Position numbers and translations under genes: made by a program
Shown here: positions 1-10,132 of the stretch, in pieces
How the letters are laid out: every line of letters starts with the position of its first letter
How positions within the stretch are numbered: the stretch's first letter is position 1
NCBI GenBank assembly: GCA_044222065.1
Contig: JBGAOA010000072.1
Span: forward strand, 1 to 20,498
From: Candidatus Eiseniibacteriota bacterium
GTDB taxonomy: Bacteria > Eisenbacteria > RBG-16-71-46
DNA length: 20,498 nucleotides
Reading direction: 5' to 3'
The notes under the pieces: generated by a model
Told to the model about the DNA's origin: nothing
Database searches by the model: none
What the model saw: the letters and a program-made list of their open reading frames with translations, nothing else

Positions 1-151
1 GCGCCGCGAGCCAGCGCGAGTGCTCCGCGCGCAGCAGGTCGAACGCGCCGTCCGCGAGTGCGACGCGCTCGCCCGCGCGCCGCCACGCGGCCGCGCGCGC
101 GAGCGCGTCCTCGCGCGTCACGACGCGAGTCCCGGCGCGTTCGGCCCTCAT
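1..151 (-). CDS. 5' part of a cytidylyltransferase-family protein resembling RfaE/HldE domain II (heptose-1-phosphate adenylyltransferase), with a degenerate HxGH motif; runs off the window edge
   Basis: Not in the ORF track. Manual translation from ATG 151 (GGAG SD just upstream, 10 nt after the dxr stop) gives MRAERAGTRVVTREDALARAAAWRRAGERVALADGAFDLLRAEHSRWLAA, which parallels the RfaE-II pattern G-x-x-V-x-x-x-N-G-x-F-D-L-L-H-x-G-H. Confidence 0.65.
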   Translation of the reverse strand, partial: MRAERAGTRVVTREDALARAAAWRRAGERVALADGAFDLLRAEHSRWLAA

Positions 152-161
152 CGCTCCGGCC

Positions 162-1325
162 TCACGCCCGCGCGAACTCGGCCCGCACGGCGGCGCGCGC
201 CTCGGCGTCCACCGCTTCGAGCTGTTCGAGCGACTCGACCGGCCGGACCGCGTGGCGTTCGAGCGCTCGCTCGAGGCAGGCCGGCACCTCGCCGAGCGGA
301 ATCGCCCCGGCGAGGAACGCCTCGACCGCGACCTCGTCCGCAGCGTTCAGCGCGCACGGCGCCGTCCCGCCCGCGCGTCCGGCCGCGAGCGCGAGATCGA
401 GCGCCGGGTGACGCCCGGCGGGAATCGGCGCGAACGCGAGCCCCGCGAGCGCCGCGGGTTCGAGCGGCGCGACCGCCTCGTCCCAGTGTCCGGGCCACGA
501 GAGCGCGAGCTGGATGGGCAGCCGCATGTCGGGCGGTGCCGCCTGCAGCACCGTCGCGCCGTCGCGGAACGTGACGAGCGCGTGCACGAGCGCCTGCGGA
601 TGCAGCACGGCGTCGAGGCGCTCGTACGGCACGTCGAACAGCACGTGCGCCTCGATCAGCTCGAGGCCCTTGTTGAAGAGCAGCGCGGAATCCACGGTGA
701 TGCGGCGGCCCATCGCCCACACCGGGTGGCTCAGCACTTCGTCGACGGTCGCGCGCCGCCAGTCCGGATGCCCGCGCAGCGCGCCGCCCGAGGCCGTGAG
801 CGTGAGCCGCGCGATCTCGGCGCCCGGCCGGCCCGAGAGGCACTGCAGCACCGCGCTGTGTTCGCGGTCCACCGGCACGAGTTCGCCGCCGCGCTCGAGC
901 GCGCGCCGCACGAGCGCGCCGCCGACGACGAGCGTCTCCTTGTTCGCGAGCGCGAGGCGCGCGCCGCGCGCGAGGGTCGCGAGCGAGGCGCGCAGTCCGG
1001 CCGCGCCGACGACGCCGTTCACGACGACGTCGGCGCCCGAGGCGCCGGCGATCCACTCCGCCGAGCCCGGGCCGACGCGCACTTCGGCGCCGGGCGAGGC
1101 CGCGGCGAGGCGCGCGCGCGCCGCGGCGGGATCGGCGGCGTGCTCGAGCGCGACGAAACGCGGGCGCCAGCGCTCGACTTCGGACGCGAAGGCGTCGAGC
1201 GCTCGACCGGCGGCGAGCGCGGTGACGCACAGCGCGTCCGGATGGCGGCCGGCGACGTCGAGCGTCTGGCGGCCGATCGAGCCCGTCGAGCCGAGGACGG
1301 CGAGCGTGCGGAGCCGGGCCGTCAC
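162..1325 (-). CDS. dxr: 1-deoxy-D-xylulose 5-phosphate reductoisomerase
   Basis: GSTGSIG NADPH motif, LALANKETLV, LTASGG, HPVWAMG, DSA..NKGLE.IEA, DMRLPI, LNAADEVAV. GTG start at 1325 overlaps the cdsA stop (GTGA). Expected position after cdsA. Confidence 0.95.
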   Translation of the reverse strand: MTARLRTLAVLGSTGSIGRQTLDVAGRHPDALCVTALAAGRALDAFASEVERWRPRFVALEHAADPAAARARLAAASPGAEVRVGPGSAEWIAGASGADVVVNGVVGAAGLRASLATLARGARLALANKETLVVGGALVRRALERGGELVPVDREHSAVLQCLSGRPGAEIARLTLTASGGALRGHPDWRRATVDEVLSHPVWAMGRRITVDSALLFNKGLELIEAHVLFDVPYERLDAVLHPQALVHALVTFRDGATVLQAAPPDMRLPIQLALSWPGHWDEAVAPLEPAALAGLAFAPIPAGRHPALDLALAAGRAGGTAPCALNAADEVAVEAFLAGAIPLGEVPACLERALERHAVRPVESLEQLEAVDAEARAAVRAEFARA

Positions 1326-2236
1326 GGAATCCGGAAGACGACGAGCCGCAGGTAGTAGAAGACGAGCGGCGCGGCGAAGTAGAGGCTGTCGAAGCGGTCG
1401 AGGATGCCGCCGTGGCCCGGGATGAGGTCGGAGGAGTCGCCGTGCCCGGCGTCGCGCTTGAGCAGCGACTCGACGAGGTCGCCGACCTGCGCGAACACGC
1501 CGACGAGCGCGCCGAGCACGATCGCGTCGCCGAACCCGAGGAAACGCGCGAACCACGCGCGCGCGATCACGCCGGCGACGATCGCGAACAGCAGCCCGCC
1601 GAACGCCCCCTCGACCGACTTGCGCGGCGAGATCTCGGTCCACGGACGCGTCCGGCCGAAGAGCCGGCCGACCGTGTACGCGCCGGTGTCGCAGCTCCAG
1701 GTCAGGAAGAACGCGAGCAGCACGTAACGCGCGCCCTCGGCGTAGCCCGTGCCCGCGGTCCACGGCAGTTCGCGCAGGCGCACGAGGTGCGCCGACAGCC
1801 ACGCGACCCAGAGCACGCCGAACACGGTGCTCGCCATGCTCTCGAGCCGGCGTCCGCCGCCGGGACGCCGGAGCGCGAGCGCGAGCAGCAGCAGCGCTCC
1901 GCCGGTCGCGAGCACGTCGCCCGGAACGAGCGAGGGGCGGTAGGCCGCCGCGAGCGTCCCGAGTCCCGCGAGCGTGCCGAGCACGGTGAACGGCTCGAGC
2001 CCCTTCGCGCGCGCCATGCGGTAGAACTCGATCAGGCCGAGCGCGACCTGCAGCCCGACGAAGGCGACGAACGCGACGCCGCCCGCCTCGGCGAGGAACA
2101 CGAGCAGCGGCACGAACAGCAGTCCGCTCACGATCCGCCAGCGCAGCGACCAGCCCTGCGGCTTCGCGCCGGCGGCGGGCCCCGGCGCCGGGAGTTCGCC
2201 CGTCGCGACGGCTTCGCGTTCGGGCCCGGCCGCCAT
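1322..2236 (-). CDS. cdsA: Phosphatidate cytidylyltransferase (CDP-diglyceride synthase)
   Basis: Hydrophobic multi-TM protein with WSCDTGAY, ISPRKSVEG and GDLVESLLKR...IPGHGGILDRFDS. ATG 2236 overlaps the uppS stop (TGATG). Confidence 0.95.
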   Translation of the reverse strand: MAAGPEREAVATGELPAPGPAAGAKPQGWSLRWRIVSGLLFVPLLVFLAEAGGVAFVAFVGLQVALGLIEFYRMARAKGLEPFTVLGTLAGLGTLAAAYRPSLVPGDVLATGGALLLLALALRRPGGGRRLESMASTVFGVLWVAWLSAHLVRLRELPWTAGTGYAEGARYVLLAFFLTWSCDTGAYTVGRLFGRTRPWTEISPRKSVEGAFGGLLFAIVAGVIARAWFARFLGFGDAIVLGALVGVFAQVGDLVESLLKRDAGHGDSSDLIPGHGGILDRFDSLYFAAPLVFYYLRLVVFRIP

Positions 2237-2979
2237 CAGTCGACCCGGCCGAACCGGCGTTCGCGGAGCTGGAAGTCCGCCACGGCCTGGAACAGGTGCT
2301 TGCGGCGGAAGTCGGGCCACAGCGTTTCGGTGATCCACAGCTCGGTGTACGCGAGCTGCCAGAGCATGAAGTTCGACACGCGCATCTCGCCGCTCGTCCG
2401 GATCAGCAGGTCGGGATCCGGCAGGCCCGCGGTGTAGAGGTAGCTCGAGACGAGGGTCTCGTCGACGGCGGAGGCGCGCAGTCCGTTGCGCTGGCCGTCG
2501 GCGACGAGCGCGCGGATCGCGTCGACCATTTCCGCGCGCCCGCTGTACGACAGCGCGAGGTTGAGCAGCAGGCCGGTCGAGCTCGACAGGAAGCGCTCGG
2601 TCTCGGCGATCGCCTCGCGCACCGGCTCGGGCAGGTCGTCCGTGCGTCCGATCACGCTCAGACGGACGTTGTTGCGGCGCAGTTCCTCGCGCTCCTCGCG
2701 CAGCGTCTGGCGCAGGATCGTCATGAGCGCCTGCACCTCGCGCCGCGGCCGGTTCCAGTTCTCGGTCGAGAACGTGTAGAGCGTGAGCACTTCGATGCCG
2801 AGCGCGACGCACGCCTTCACGGTCTCGCGCACCGACTCGCGTCCGGCCCGGTGCCCCATCAGGCGGGGCACGCCACGGGCCTTCGCCCACCGTCCGTTGC
2901 CGTCCATGATGATGGCGACGTGACGGGGCATGTTGCCGCGGGCTCGAAGTTCCTCGGCCGTGAGTGCGCGGGCGGACAA
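2236..2979 (-). CDS. uppS: Undecaprenyl diphosphate synthase (cis-prenyltransferase)
   Basis: PRHVAIIMDGNGRWA, YTFSTENWNRP, PDPDLLIRTSGEMRVSNFMLWQ, RERRFG. TTG start preceded by GAGGAGG. Confidence 0.96.
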   Translation of the reverse strand: MSARALTAEELRARGNMPRHVAIIMDGNGRWAKARGVPRLMGHRAGRESVRETVKACVALGIEVLTLYTFSTENWNRPRREVQALMTILRQTLREEREELRRNNVRLSVIGRTDDLPEPVREAIAETERFLSSSTGLLLNLALSYSGRAEMVDAIRALVADGQRNGLRASAVDETLVSSYLYTAGLPDPDLLIRTSGEMRVSNFMLWQLAYTELWITETLWPDFRRKHLFQAVADFQLRERRFGRVD

Positions 2980-3028
2980 CGGTCCTCCTCGTGGAATCGC
3001 GGTCGCGACGCGGGCGTCGCGATCGAGA

Positions 3029-3585
3029 TCAGACCTCCATGATCTCGGCCGTCTTCTTCTTCAGCAGCTCGTCGATCGAGCCCACGTACTTGTCCGTGAG
3101 CTTCTGCACGTCGTTCGTGAGCCGACGCGCCTCGTCCTCGGGCAGGACGTGCCCCTTCTCCTGCTCCTTCACGTGGTGGTTCACGTCGTGCCGCACCTGG
3201 CGCACGTGCACGCGTCCCTCCTCGGCGAGCTTCGAGACGAGCTTCACCATCTCCTTGCGGCGCTCCTCCGTGAGCGTCGGAATCGGCACGCGCACGAGCA
3301 CGCCGTCGTCGGTGGGATTGAAGCCGAGTTCGGCCTGAAGGATCGCCTTCGAGATCGCCTTCACGAGGCTCTTGTCCCACGGCTGCACGACGAGCAGCCG
3401 GGGCTCCGGCGCGCTGACCGATCCCACCTGCTGCAGCGGGACGGCGCTGCCGTACGCCTCCACCTTCACCGTGTCGAGAAGCGCGGGGCTCGCCTTGCCC
3501 GTGCGGATCGTCGCGAGCTCGTGCCGCGTCGCCTCGACGCACTTCTTCATGCGTTCTTCCGCGTCGCCCAGAATCTTGTTCACGG

Positions 3586-3589
<4 letters not shown>
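3029..3589 (-). CDS. frr: Ribosome recycling factor
   Basis: [32 protein letters not shown] 3589 overlaps the pyrH stop (ATGA). Confidence 0.96.
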
Positions 3590-4305
<716 letters not shown>

Positions 4306-4309
4306 GGCG

Positions 4310-4906
4310 CTACTCCGCGCCGAGCCGGAATCGCACGAAGCGGCGCACCTGGACGTTCTCGCCCGTCTTCGCGCTCGCGGCCTTGACGAGGTCCGCGATC
4401 GTGAGCTTGTCGTCCTTGATGTAGGGCTGGTCGAGCAGGCAGATCTCGGAGAAGAACTTCTTGAGCTTCCCCTCGACGATCTTGTCCACGATGTTCGCCG
4501 GCTTGCCCTCGGCGACGAGCTGCGCCGCGAAGATCTCGCGCTCGCGCGCGATGCGGTCGGCCGGGACGTCCTCGGCCTTCAGGAACTCGGCGCCCGCCGC
4601 CGCGACCTGCATCGCGAGGTTGCGGCACAGGTCGCCGAAGTCGTCCGTGCGCGCGACGAAGTCGGTCTCGCAGTTGACCTCGACGAGCACGCCGACGCGG
4701 TTGCCGGGGTGGATGTACGACTCCACGCGGCCCTCGCTCGCCGCGCGGCCCGCGCGCTTGTCGGCCTTCGCGATGCCGCTCTTGCGCAGCGCGTCCACCG
4801 CCTTCTCGAAGTCGCCGCCCGTCTCCTGCAGCGCCTTCTTGCACTCCATCATCCCCGCGCCCGTCCGCTCGCGGAGTTCCTTGACCTGTTCCGCCGTCAC
4901 CGTCAT
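4310..4906 (-). CDS. tsf: Elongation factor Ts (short 198-aa form)
   Basis: [45 protein letters not shown]. Confidence 0.97.
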   Translation of the reverse strand: MTVTAEQVKELRERTGAGMMECKKALQETGGDFEKAVDALRKSGIAKADKRAGRAASEGRVESYIHPGNRVGVLVEVNCETDFVARTDDFGDLCRNLAMQVAAAGAEFLKAEDVPADRIAREREIFAAQLVAEGKPANIVDKIVEGKLKKFFSEICLLDQPYIKDDKLTIADLVKAASAKTGENVQVRRFVRFRLGAE

Positions 4907-4928
4907 CTGGGTTCCTCACCGCGTTGCA

Positions 4929-4960
4929 ACGCCCGCCCGCGCGGAGGCGAGGACGGGCGC
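4929..4960 (-). terminator. Intergenic rpsB-tsf hairpin, possible weak terminator or attenuator
   Basis: On the minus strand GCGCCCGUCC pairs with GGGCGGGCGU (10 bp including G-U pairs). There is no real U tract. Confidence 0.35.
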
Positions 4961-4985
4961 AGTGGAAGATCGATCCGTTTCGAAC

Positions 4986-5759
4986 TCAGGCAGTCGTCGC
5001 GGCCGCGGACGCTTCGCCCTCGGCCTCGCTGCCCTCACCACCGAACGACACCGTTTCCTGCGAGACGCCGTCGAGCGCCGACCGCTTGGCCTCGATGACG
5101 ACGTCGGCGACGAAATGCGCGAACAGCCGGATCGCGCGCAGCGCGTCGTCGTTGCCCGGAATCGGAAAGTCCACCTGCGTCGGGTCGCAGTTCGTGTCCA
5201 CGATGCCGACGATCGGGATGCCGAGGCGTCGCGCCTCGGTCACCGCGATCTTCTCCTTCTTCGTGTCGATCACGAACACGAGCGACGGCAGGCCCGGCAT
5301 CTCCTTGATGCCGGCGAACGCGAACTCGAGCCGCTCGCGCTCGCGCGAGAGCCGCGACACTTCCTTCTTCGCGAGCTTCTCGAACGTTCCGTCGGTCGCC
5401 ATCCGGTCGAGATCGTGCAGGCGCTTGACGCTCGAGCGGATGGTCTTGAAGTTCGTGAGCATGCCGCCGAGCCAGCGCTCCGTGACGCTGAACTGGCCGC
5501 AGCGCTTCACTTCGTCGAGGACGATGCTCTTCGCCTGCTTCTTCGTGCCGACGAACAGCACGTGTCCGCCGCCGCGCACGACGCGCTCGATTGCGTTGCG
5601 CGCGTCGCCGAGGCACTTGAGCGTCTTCTGCAGGTCGATGATGTAGATCCCGTTGCGCTCCATGAAGATGAATTTCTTCATCTGCGGATTCCAGCGCCGG
5701 GTCTGGTGCCCGAAGTGAACTCCCGCTTCGAGCAGGTCCTTCATGCTGATGTCGGCCAC
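4986..5759 (-). CDS. rpsB: 30S ribosomal protein S2
   Basis: [51 protein letters not shown] start with AAGGAGG SD. Confidence 0.98.
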   Translation of the reverse strand: MADISMKDLLEAGVHFGHQTRRWNPQMKKFIFMERNGIYIIDLQKTLKCLGDARNAIERVVRGGGHVLFVGTKKQAKSIVLDEVKRCGQFSVTERWLGGMLTNFKTIRSSVKRLHDLDRMATDGTFEKLAKKEVSRLSRERERLEFAFAGIKEMPGLPSLVFVIDTKKEKIAVTEARRLGIPIVGIVDTNCDPTQVDFPIPGNDDALRAIRLFAHFVADVVIEAKRSALDGVSQETVSFGGEGSEAEGEASAAATTA

Positions 5760-5770
5760 GTGGCCTCCTT

Positions 5771-5856
5771 CCGAGGTTTCGCCTCCGCCGGTCCGTCGTC
5801 GTCGGGCGCGCTCCGCATCGCGGAGACCTCGGCGCCCGGAGGCCGGCGTGTGAATT
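5771..5856 (-). promoter_or_regulatory. S2 (rpsB) autoregulatory leader, t44-like RNA
   Basis: The minus strand reads UUCACACGCCGG...CCGGCGGAGGCGAAACC: a CACAC box, a closing CGCCGG/CCGGCG stem and a GGAGGC-loop-CC element like those of t44/rpsB leaders, directly upstream of the rpsB SD. Confidence 0.7.
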
Positions 5857-5868
5857 GTCCGTTCGCGA

Positions 5869-6267
5869 CTAGCGCTTGCTGAACTGGAAGCGCTTGCGCG
5901 CGCCCGGCTGTCCGTACTTCTTGCGCTCCTTCATGCGCGAGTCCCGCGTGAGCAGGCCTTCGCGGCCGAGGAGCCCCTTCAGCGTCTCGTCCTCGCGCGT
6001 GAGCGCGCGGGCGAGCGCCATGCGGATCGCGCCGGCCTGACCGGTGAGTCCGCCACCCATGACGCGGGCCACGACGTTGTATTTGCCCGCCGTGTTCGTG
6101 AGCGTGAGCGCGTGGAACGCCTGGTTCACGAGCGACTCGCGCTTCAGGTAATCGAGCGGCGTGCGGTCGTTGACCGTGTGCTTCCCGTTGCCGGCGACGA
6201 GACGGACCCGCGCAATCGCGTCCTTCCGCCGTCCGGTGCTGATCTTCTGCGCCTGCGAAGTCGACAT
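5869..6267 (-). CDS. rpsI: 30S ribosomal protein S9
   Basis: [37 protein letters not shown]...RFQFSKR. ATG 6267 with GAGGAG SD. Confidence 0.98.
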   Translation of the reverse strand: MSTSQAQKISTGRRKDAIARVRLVAGNGKHTVNDRTPLDYLKRESLVNQAFHALTLTNTAGKYNVVARVMGGGLTGQAGAIRMALARALTREDETLKGLLGREGLLTRDSRMKERKKYGQPGARKRFQFSKR

Positions 6268-6278
6268 GCTCTCCTCGA

Positions 6279-6713
6279 TCAGGACCGGGGCTCCCACACC
6301 ACCGGCTGCTGCGCGGCGTGCGGATGCTCCGTTCCCCGGTAGACCTTCAGCTTCTTGATCATGGCGCGGCCGAGCTTCGTCTTCGGCATCATGCCGCGCA
6401 CGGCGCGCAGAACGACGCGCTCGGGATACTTCGCCATCATCTCCTCGATGCCGGTCCACGAGGCGCCGCCCGGGTACATCGAGTGATGGAAGTAGCGCTT
6501 GTCGGTCGCCTTGCGGCCGGACAGCGCGACCTTCTCGGCGTTGATCACGACGACGTGGTCGCCGGTGTCCATGCTGGGCGTGTACATCGCCTTGTGCTTG
6601 CCACGCAGCGCCATCGACACCTGCGTCGCCAGTCGTCCGAGCGTCTTCCCCTCCGCGTCGACCAGCAGCCAGCGGCGCTGGACGTCGTCGGGGCGCGCGG
6701 AATACGTCTTCAT
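6279..6713 (-). CDS. rplM: 50S ribosomal protein L13
   Basis: [48 protein letters not shown]. Confidence 0.98.
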   Translation of the reverse strand: MKTYSARPDDVQRRWLLVDAEGKTLGRLATQVSMALRGKHKAMYTPSMDTGDHVVVINAEKVALSGRKATDKRYFHHSMYPGGASWTGIEEMMAKYPERVVLRAVRGMMPKTKLGRAMIKKLKVYRGTEHPHAAQQPVVWEPRS

Positions 6714-6807
6714 GCCTTCCTCCAGATCGGTGCAGGCGCGCTGCGTCGGCGGGTTTCCTTTCCGACGGCTCGAACGGCGCGCATCTCCAGGGCGTGAGAA
6801 GCGGCGG

Positions 6808-6837
6808 AAGCTAGCATGCGCTTCAAAACCATGTCAA
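6808..6837 (-). promoter_or_regulatory. Sigma70-type promoter for the rplM-rpsI-rpsB-tsf operon
   Basis: TTGACA (6837-6832), 18-nt spacer, then TAGCTT (6813-6808) with an extended TG, in a locally AT-richer intergenic patch. Confidence 0.7.
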
Positions 6838-6867
6838 GAAACGAGGTTCCGCGATTCGGGTACGGGG

Positions 6868-7461
6868 TCAGTCGAACTCCGCGAGCAGCTGGCGGAGCCG
6901 GGCGAGCGGAAGCCCGACGACGTTGAAATAGTCCCCCTCGACGCGCCGCACGAACTGTCCCGCGAGCCCCTGGATGCCGTAGCCGCCCGCCTTGTCGAGC
7001 GGTTCGCCGCTGCGAACGTAGGCGGCGATCTCGCGCTCGTCGAGCCGGGCGAACTGGACCCGGGTGCACTCGGCGGCGGTGCGCTGCTCCCCGTCCCGAA
7101 CGACGGCGATCCCGGTCCACACGTCGTGCGTGCGCCCCTGCAGACGCCACAGCATCTCCTCGGCCTCGCGCGCGCTCGCCGGCTTGCCGAGCCTCACCCC
7201 GCGCGCGACGACGACCGTGTCGGCGCCGACCACGACGGCGTGCCGGCGGCGCTCCGCCACCCGCTTCGCCTTGTCGAGCGCGAGCGCGCGCACGCCGTGG
7301 CGCGGCTCGGCCTCCCCCGGCCATTCGCGGTCGGGGCCCGGGTCCACGACCGTGAACTGCGCTCCGGCCTGGCGCAGAAGCGCGACGCGTCGCGGCGACG
7401 CCGAGGCGAGCACGAGCGGCGACTTGCCGCGCCACAGCAGCGCCGGCCGTTCGCGGCTCAC
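6868..7461 (-). CDS. maf: Maf family nucleoside triphosphate pyrophosphatase (YhdE-like dTTP/UTP type)
   Basis: LVLASASPRR, VVGADTVV, LGKP, DKAGGYGIQG, NVVGLP. GTG overlaps the dtd stop (GTGA). Confidence 0.93.
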   Translation of the reverse strand: MSRERPALLWRGKSPLVLASASPRRVALLRQAGAQFTVVDPGPDREWPGEAEPRHGVRALALDKAKRVAERRRHAVVVGADTVVVARGVRLGKPASAREAEEMLWRLQGRTHDVWTGIAVVRDGEQRTAAECTRVQFARLDEREIAAYVRSGEPLDKAGGYGIQGLAGQFVRRVEGDYFNVVGLPLARLRQLLAEFD

Positions 7462-7925
7462 GCGTCCGGCTCCGCGCTGACTCCGGGGGCGCGTTCGATC
7501 CAGAGGGTCACGGGTCCGTCGTTCACGAGTTCGACCTCCATGTGGGCGCGGAACACGCCGCGCTCGACGCGCGCGCCCGCGCCGGCGAGCGCCGCGCAGA
7601 ACTCTTCGAAGAGCGGCTCGGCGCGTTCCGGCCTTGCGGCGCGCACGAAATCGGGGCGGCGCCCGCGCACGGCGTCGCCGTAGAGCGTGAACTGAGGCAC
7701 GACGAGCACCGCGCCGTCCACCGCGTCGAGCCCGAGGTTCATGTGGCCGTCCGCGTCCTCGAACACGCGCAGGCCCGCGATCTTGCGTGCGAGCCAGCGC
7801 GCCTCCTCGGCGCCGTCCTCGTGCGTCACGCCCAGCAGCACGAGGAAGCCGCGCGCGATCTCGCCCGTCGTCCGGCCGGCGACGCGCACCCGCGCCGACG
7901 ACACGCGCTGCAGCAGCGCCCTCAC
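7458..7925 (-). CDS. dtd: D-aminoacyl-tRNA deacylase
   Basis: RALLQRV, GFLVLLGV, LRVFED..G.MN, PQFTL, GRRPDF, ELVNDGPVT (Gly-Pro motif). GTG 7925 overlaps the rel stop. Confidence 0.95.
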   Translation of the reverse strand: MRALLQRVSSARVRVAGRTTGEIARGFLVLLGVTHEDGAEEARWLARKIAGLRVFEDADGHMNLGLDAVDGAVLVVPQFTLYGDAVRGRRPDFVRAARPERAEPLFEEFCAALAGAGARVERGVFRAHMEVELVNDGPVTLWIERAPGVSAEPDA

Positions 7926-10132
7926 GCGTCGCCGCCCGCCCGCCGTCCGGTTGGCGGGCGCAGGATTCGCTGCCGGCGCTCGACGCGCGTGACGCCGCGC
8001 ACGCCCCGGATCGCGGCCATCACGTCGCCGAGCTTCGCGAGGTGCGGCACCTCCACGACGAACACGCCGCGCGCCGTCTTGTCCTCCATCGCCATGCCCG
8101 CCTGGCGGATGTTCACCGAGGTCGCGGCGATCGCCTTCGCGATGTCCGCGAGCAGCGCCGTGCGGTCCGTGCCGTAGACGACGAGCCGCACCGGGAAGGT
8201 CTCGCCGACGCGCGCGTCCCACTCGACCTCGACGCGCCGCTCGGGCGGGATGCGGCTCGGGAACGTGTTCGGGCAGTCCTGGCGGTGCACCGAGATGCCG
8301 CGTCCGGTCGTGACGATGCCGACGACGCGGTCGCCGGGGACGGGCTGGCAGCAGCGCGCGAAGCTCAGCATGAGGTTGTCGAGCCCCTGGATGCGCACGC
8401 CGCCCGACGGCCGGCGCGTCAGGCCGAGCGCCTCGAGCGGCCCCTTCGCGAGCCTCTCGGCGAAGCCCTCCTTCTCGGGCAGCAGCTTGCGCAGCACCTG
8501 CGTGAGCGAGAGCTGGCCCTCGCCGAGGCGCGCGAACATCTCGTCGAGCCCCTCCTGCCCGAGCGCGCGCGCGACCTCGTTCAGCCGGTCGTCGTCCACC
8601 TCGGCGCGCTGGCGCTTCAGTTCGCGCTCGACGAGTTCGCGGCCGAGCGCGACGCTGTCGGCGTGGCGTTCGAGCCGCAGCCAGTGGCGCACCTTCGCGC
8701 GCGCGCCGGCCGTGCGCAGGATCTGGAGCCAGTCCTCGTGCGGCCGCGCCGTCGGCGACGTCACGATCTCGACCGTGTCGCCGTTCCGCAGCTCGTAGCG
8801 CAGCGGCACGAGGTCGTTGTTCACGCGCGCGCCCACGGTGTGCTGGCCGACCTCGGAGTGGATCATGAACGCGAAGTCGAGCGCGGTCGCCCCCTTCGGC
8901 AGGCGCTTGAGTTCGCGCCGCGGCGTGTAGACGAACACCTCCTCCTGGTAGAGCGCGGTGCGCAGGAAGTCCATGTACTCGTCGTCGCTCGTCTGGTGCT
9001 GCCAGTCCGCCGTCTGCGCGACGAAGCCGCCGAGCTTCGCGTCGAGTTCCTCGTCCACGCGCCCGCCCTGCTTGTAGACGTAGTGCGCCGCGACGCCCGT
9101 CTCGGCCGTGCGGTGCATCTCGCGCGTGCGGATCTGCACCTCGACCATCTCTCCCGACGCCGTGAGCACCGTCGTGTGCAGCGACTGGTACATGTTGCTC
9201 TTCGGCGTCGCGATGTAGTCCTTGAAGCGCTCCGCGACGGGCGTGAACAGGTCGTGCACGACACCGAGGGCGCGATAGCAGTCGTTCTTCGTGTGCGTGA
9301 TGATGCGCAGGCCGAACAGGTCGTAGATCGTCTCGAGCTCGTAGCCCGAGCGCATCTTCAGGTAGATCGAGTAGAAGTGCTTCGGTCGGCCGACGACCTC
9401 GGCGCGGATGCCGGCGGCCTTGAGGCCCTCTTCGAGCTGCCCGCGCACGACGGCGAGGAACGCCTCGCGCTCCTCGCGTTTGATCTGGATGCGCTGCGCG
9501 AGCTCGGCGTACGCCGTCGAATCGAGCACCTTGAGGCTCAGGTCCTCGAGTTGGCGCTTGATGCCCGCCATGCCGAGCCGGTGCGCGAGCGGGGCATAGA
9601 TGTCGCGCGTCTCTTCCGCGATGCGGCGCTGCTTGTCGGGGCGCAGCGCCGCGATCGTGCGCATGTTGTGCAGCCGGTCCGCGAGCTTGATGAAGATGAC
9701 GCGCAGGTCGCGCGCCATGGACAGCATCATCTTGCGGAAGTTCTCGGCCTGCGCCGCCTCGCGGCTGTCGAAGTGCAGGCCGGCGAGTTTCGTCACGCCC
9801 TCGACGAGCAGCGCGACCTCGCGACCGAAGCGCTTCTCGACGTCCTCGGTCGTCTGTTCGGTGTCCTCGACGACGTCGTGGAGCAGCGCCGCCATGACGA
9901 GCGGCGTCTCGAGGCGGCTCTCGAACAGATCGAGCAGGATGAGCGTGACCGCGACGACGTGGGTGACGAACGGCTCGCCCGAAACGCGGCGCTGCTCGCC
10001 GTGCGAGCGGTCGACGTAGTCGAAGCAGGCGGCGACGCGGTCGCGGTCCACCTTCGGCGCGCGTTCGTCGAGCGCCGCGAGCAGCGTCGCCCGCAGCTCG
10101 AGATGACCGCCGCCGGGGACCTCCGCGCTCAC
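7922..10132 (-). CDS. rel: Bifunctional (p)ppGpp synthetase/hydrolase (long RSH, Rel type)
   Basis: HD motif ALLHDVVEDT, IKLADRLHNMRT, RFKDY (RxKD), YQSLHT, EVQIRT, TGS domain (LPKGATALDFAF.IHSEVG), zinc finger CCQP..HRQDC and C-terminal ACT. GTG 10132 overlaps the recJ stop. Confidence 0.96.
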   Translation of the reverse strand: MSAEVPGGGHLELRATLLAALDERAPKVDRDRVAACFDYVDRSHGEQRRVSGEPFVTHVVAVTLILLDLFESRLETPLVMAALLHDVVEDTEQTTEDVEKRFGREVALLVEGVTKLAGLHFDSREAAQAENFRKMMLSMARDLRVIFIKLADRLHNMRTIAALRPDKQRRIAEETRDIYAPLAHRLGMAGIKRQLEDLSLKVLDSTAYAELAQRIQIKREEREAFLAVVRGQLEEGLKAAGIRAEVVGRPKHFYSIYLKMRSGYELETIYDLFGLRIITHTKNDCYRALGVVHDLFTPVAERFKDYIATPKSNMYQSLHTTVLTASGEMVEVQIRTREMHRTAETGVAAHYVYKQGGRVDEELDAKLGGFVAQTADWQHQTSDDEYMDFLRTALYQEEVFVYTPRRELKRLPKGATALDFAFMIHSEVGQHTVGARVNNDLVPLRYELRNGDTVEIVTSPTARPHEDWLQILRTAGARAKVRHWLRLERHADSVALGRELVERELKRQRAEVDDDRLNEVARALGQEGLDEMFARLGEGQLSLTQVLRKLLPEKEGFAERLAKGPLEALGLTRRPSGGVRIQGLDNLMLSFARCCQPVPGDRVVGIVTTGRGISVHRQDCPNTFPSRIPPERRVEVEWDARVGETFPVRLVVYGTDRTALLADIAKAIAATSVNIRQAGMAMEDKTARGVFVVEVPHLAKLGDVMAAIRGVRGVTRVERRQRILRPPTGRRAGGDA

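Noticed and set aside
3003..3022. 8-bp hairpin between frr and uppS (and the 12-bp palindrome at 4921-4932)
   Set aside because: These short GC-rich inverted repeats have no U tract and no second copy, so they are plausible by chance.
4310..4906. EF-Ts of only 198 aa as a possible truncation
   Set aside because: The short EF-Ts form is a known natural type, and both termini are intact.
7683..7697. DTD PQFTL instead of SQFTL
   Set aside because: It is a single substitution with the Gly-Pro motif intact, too little to claim altered function.
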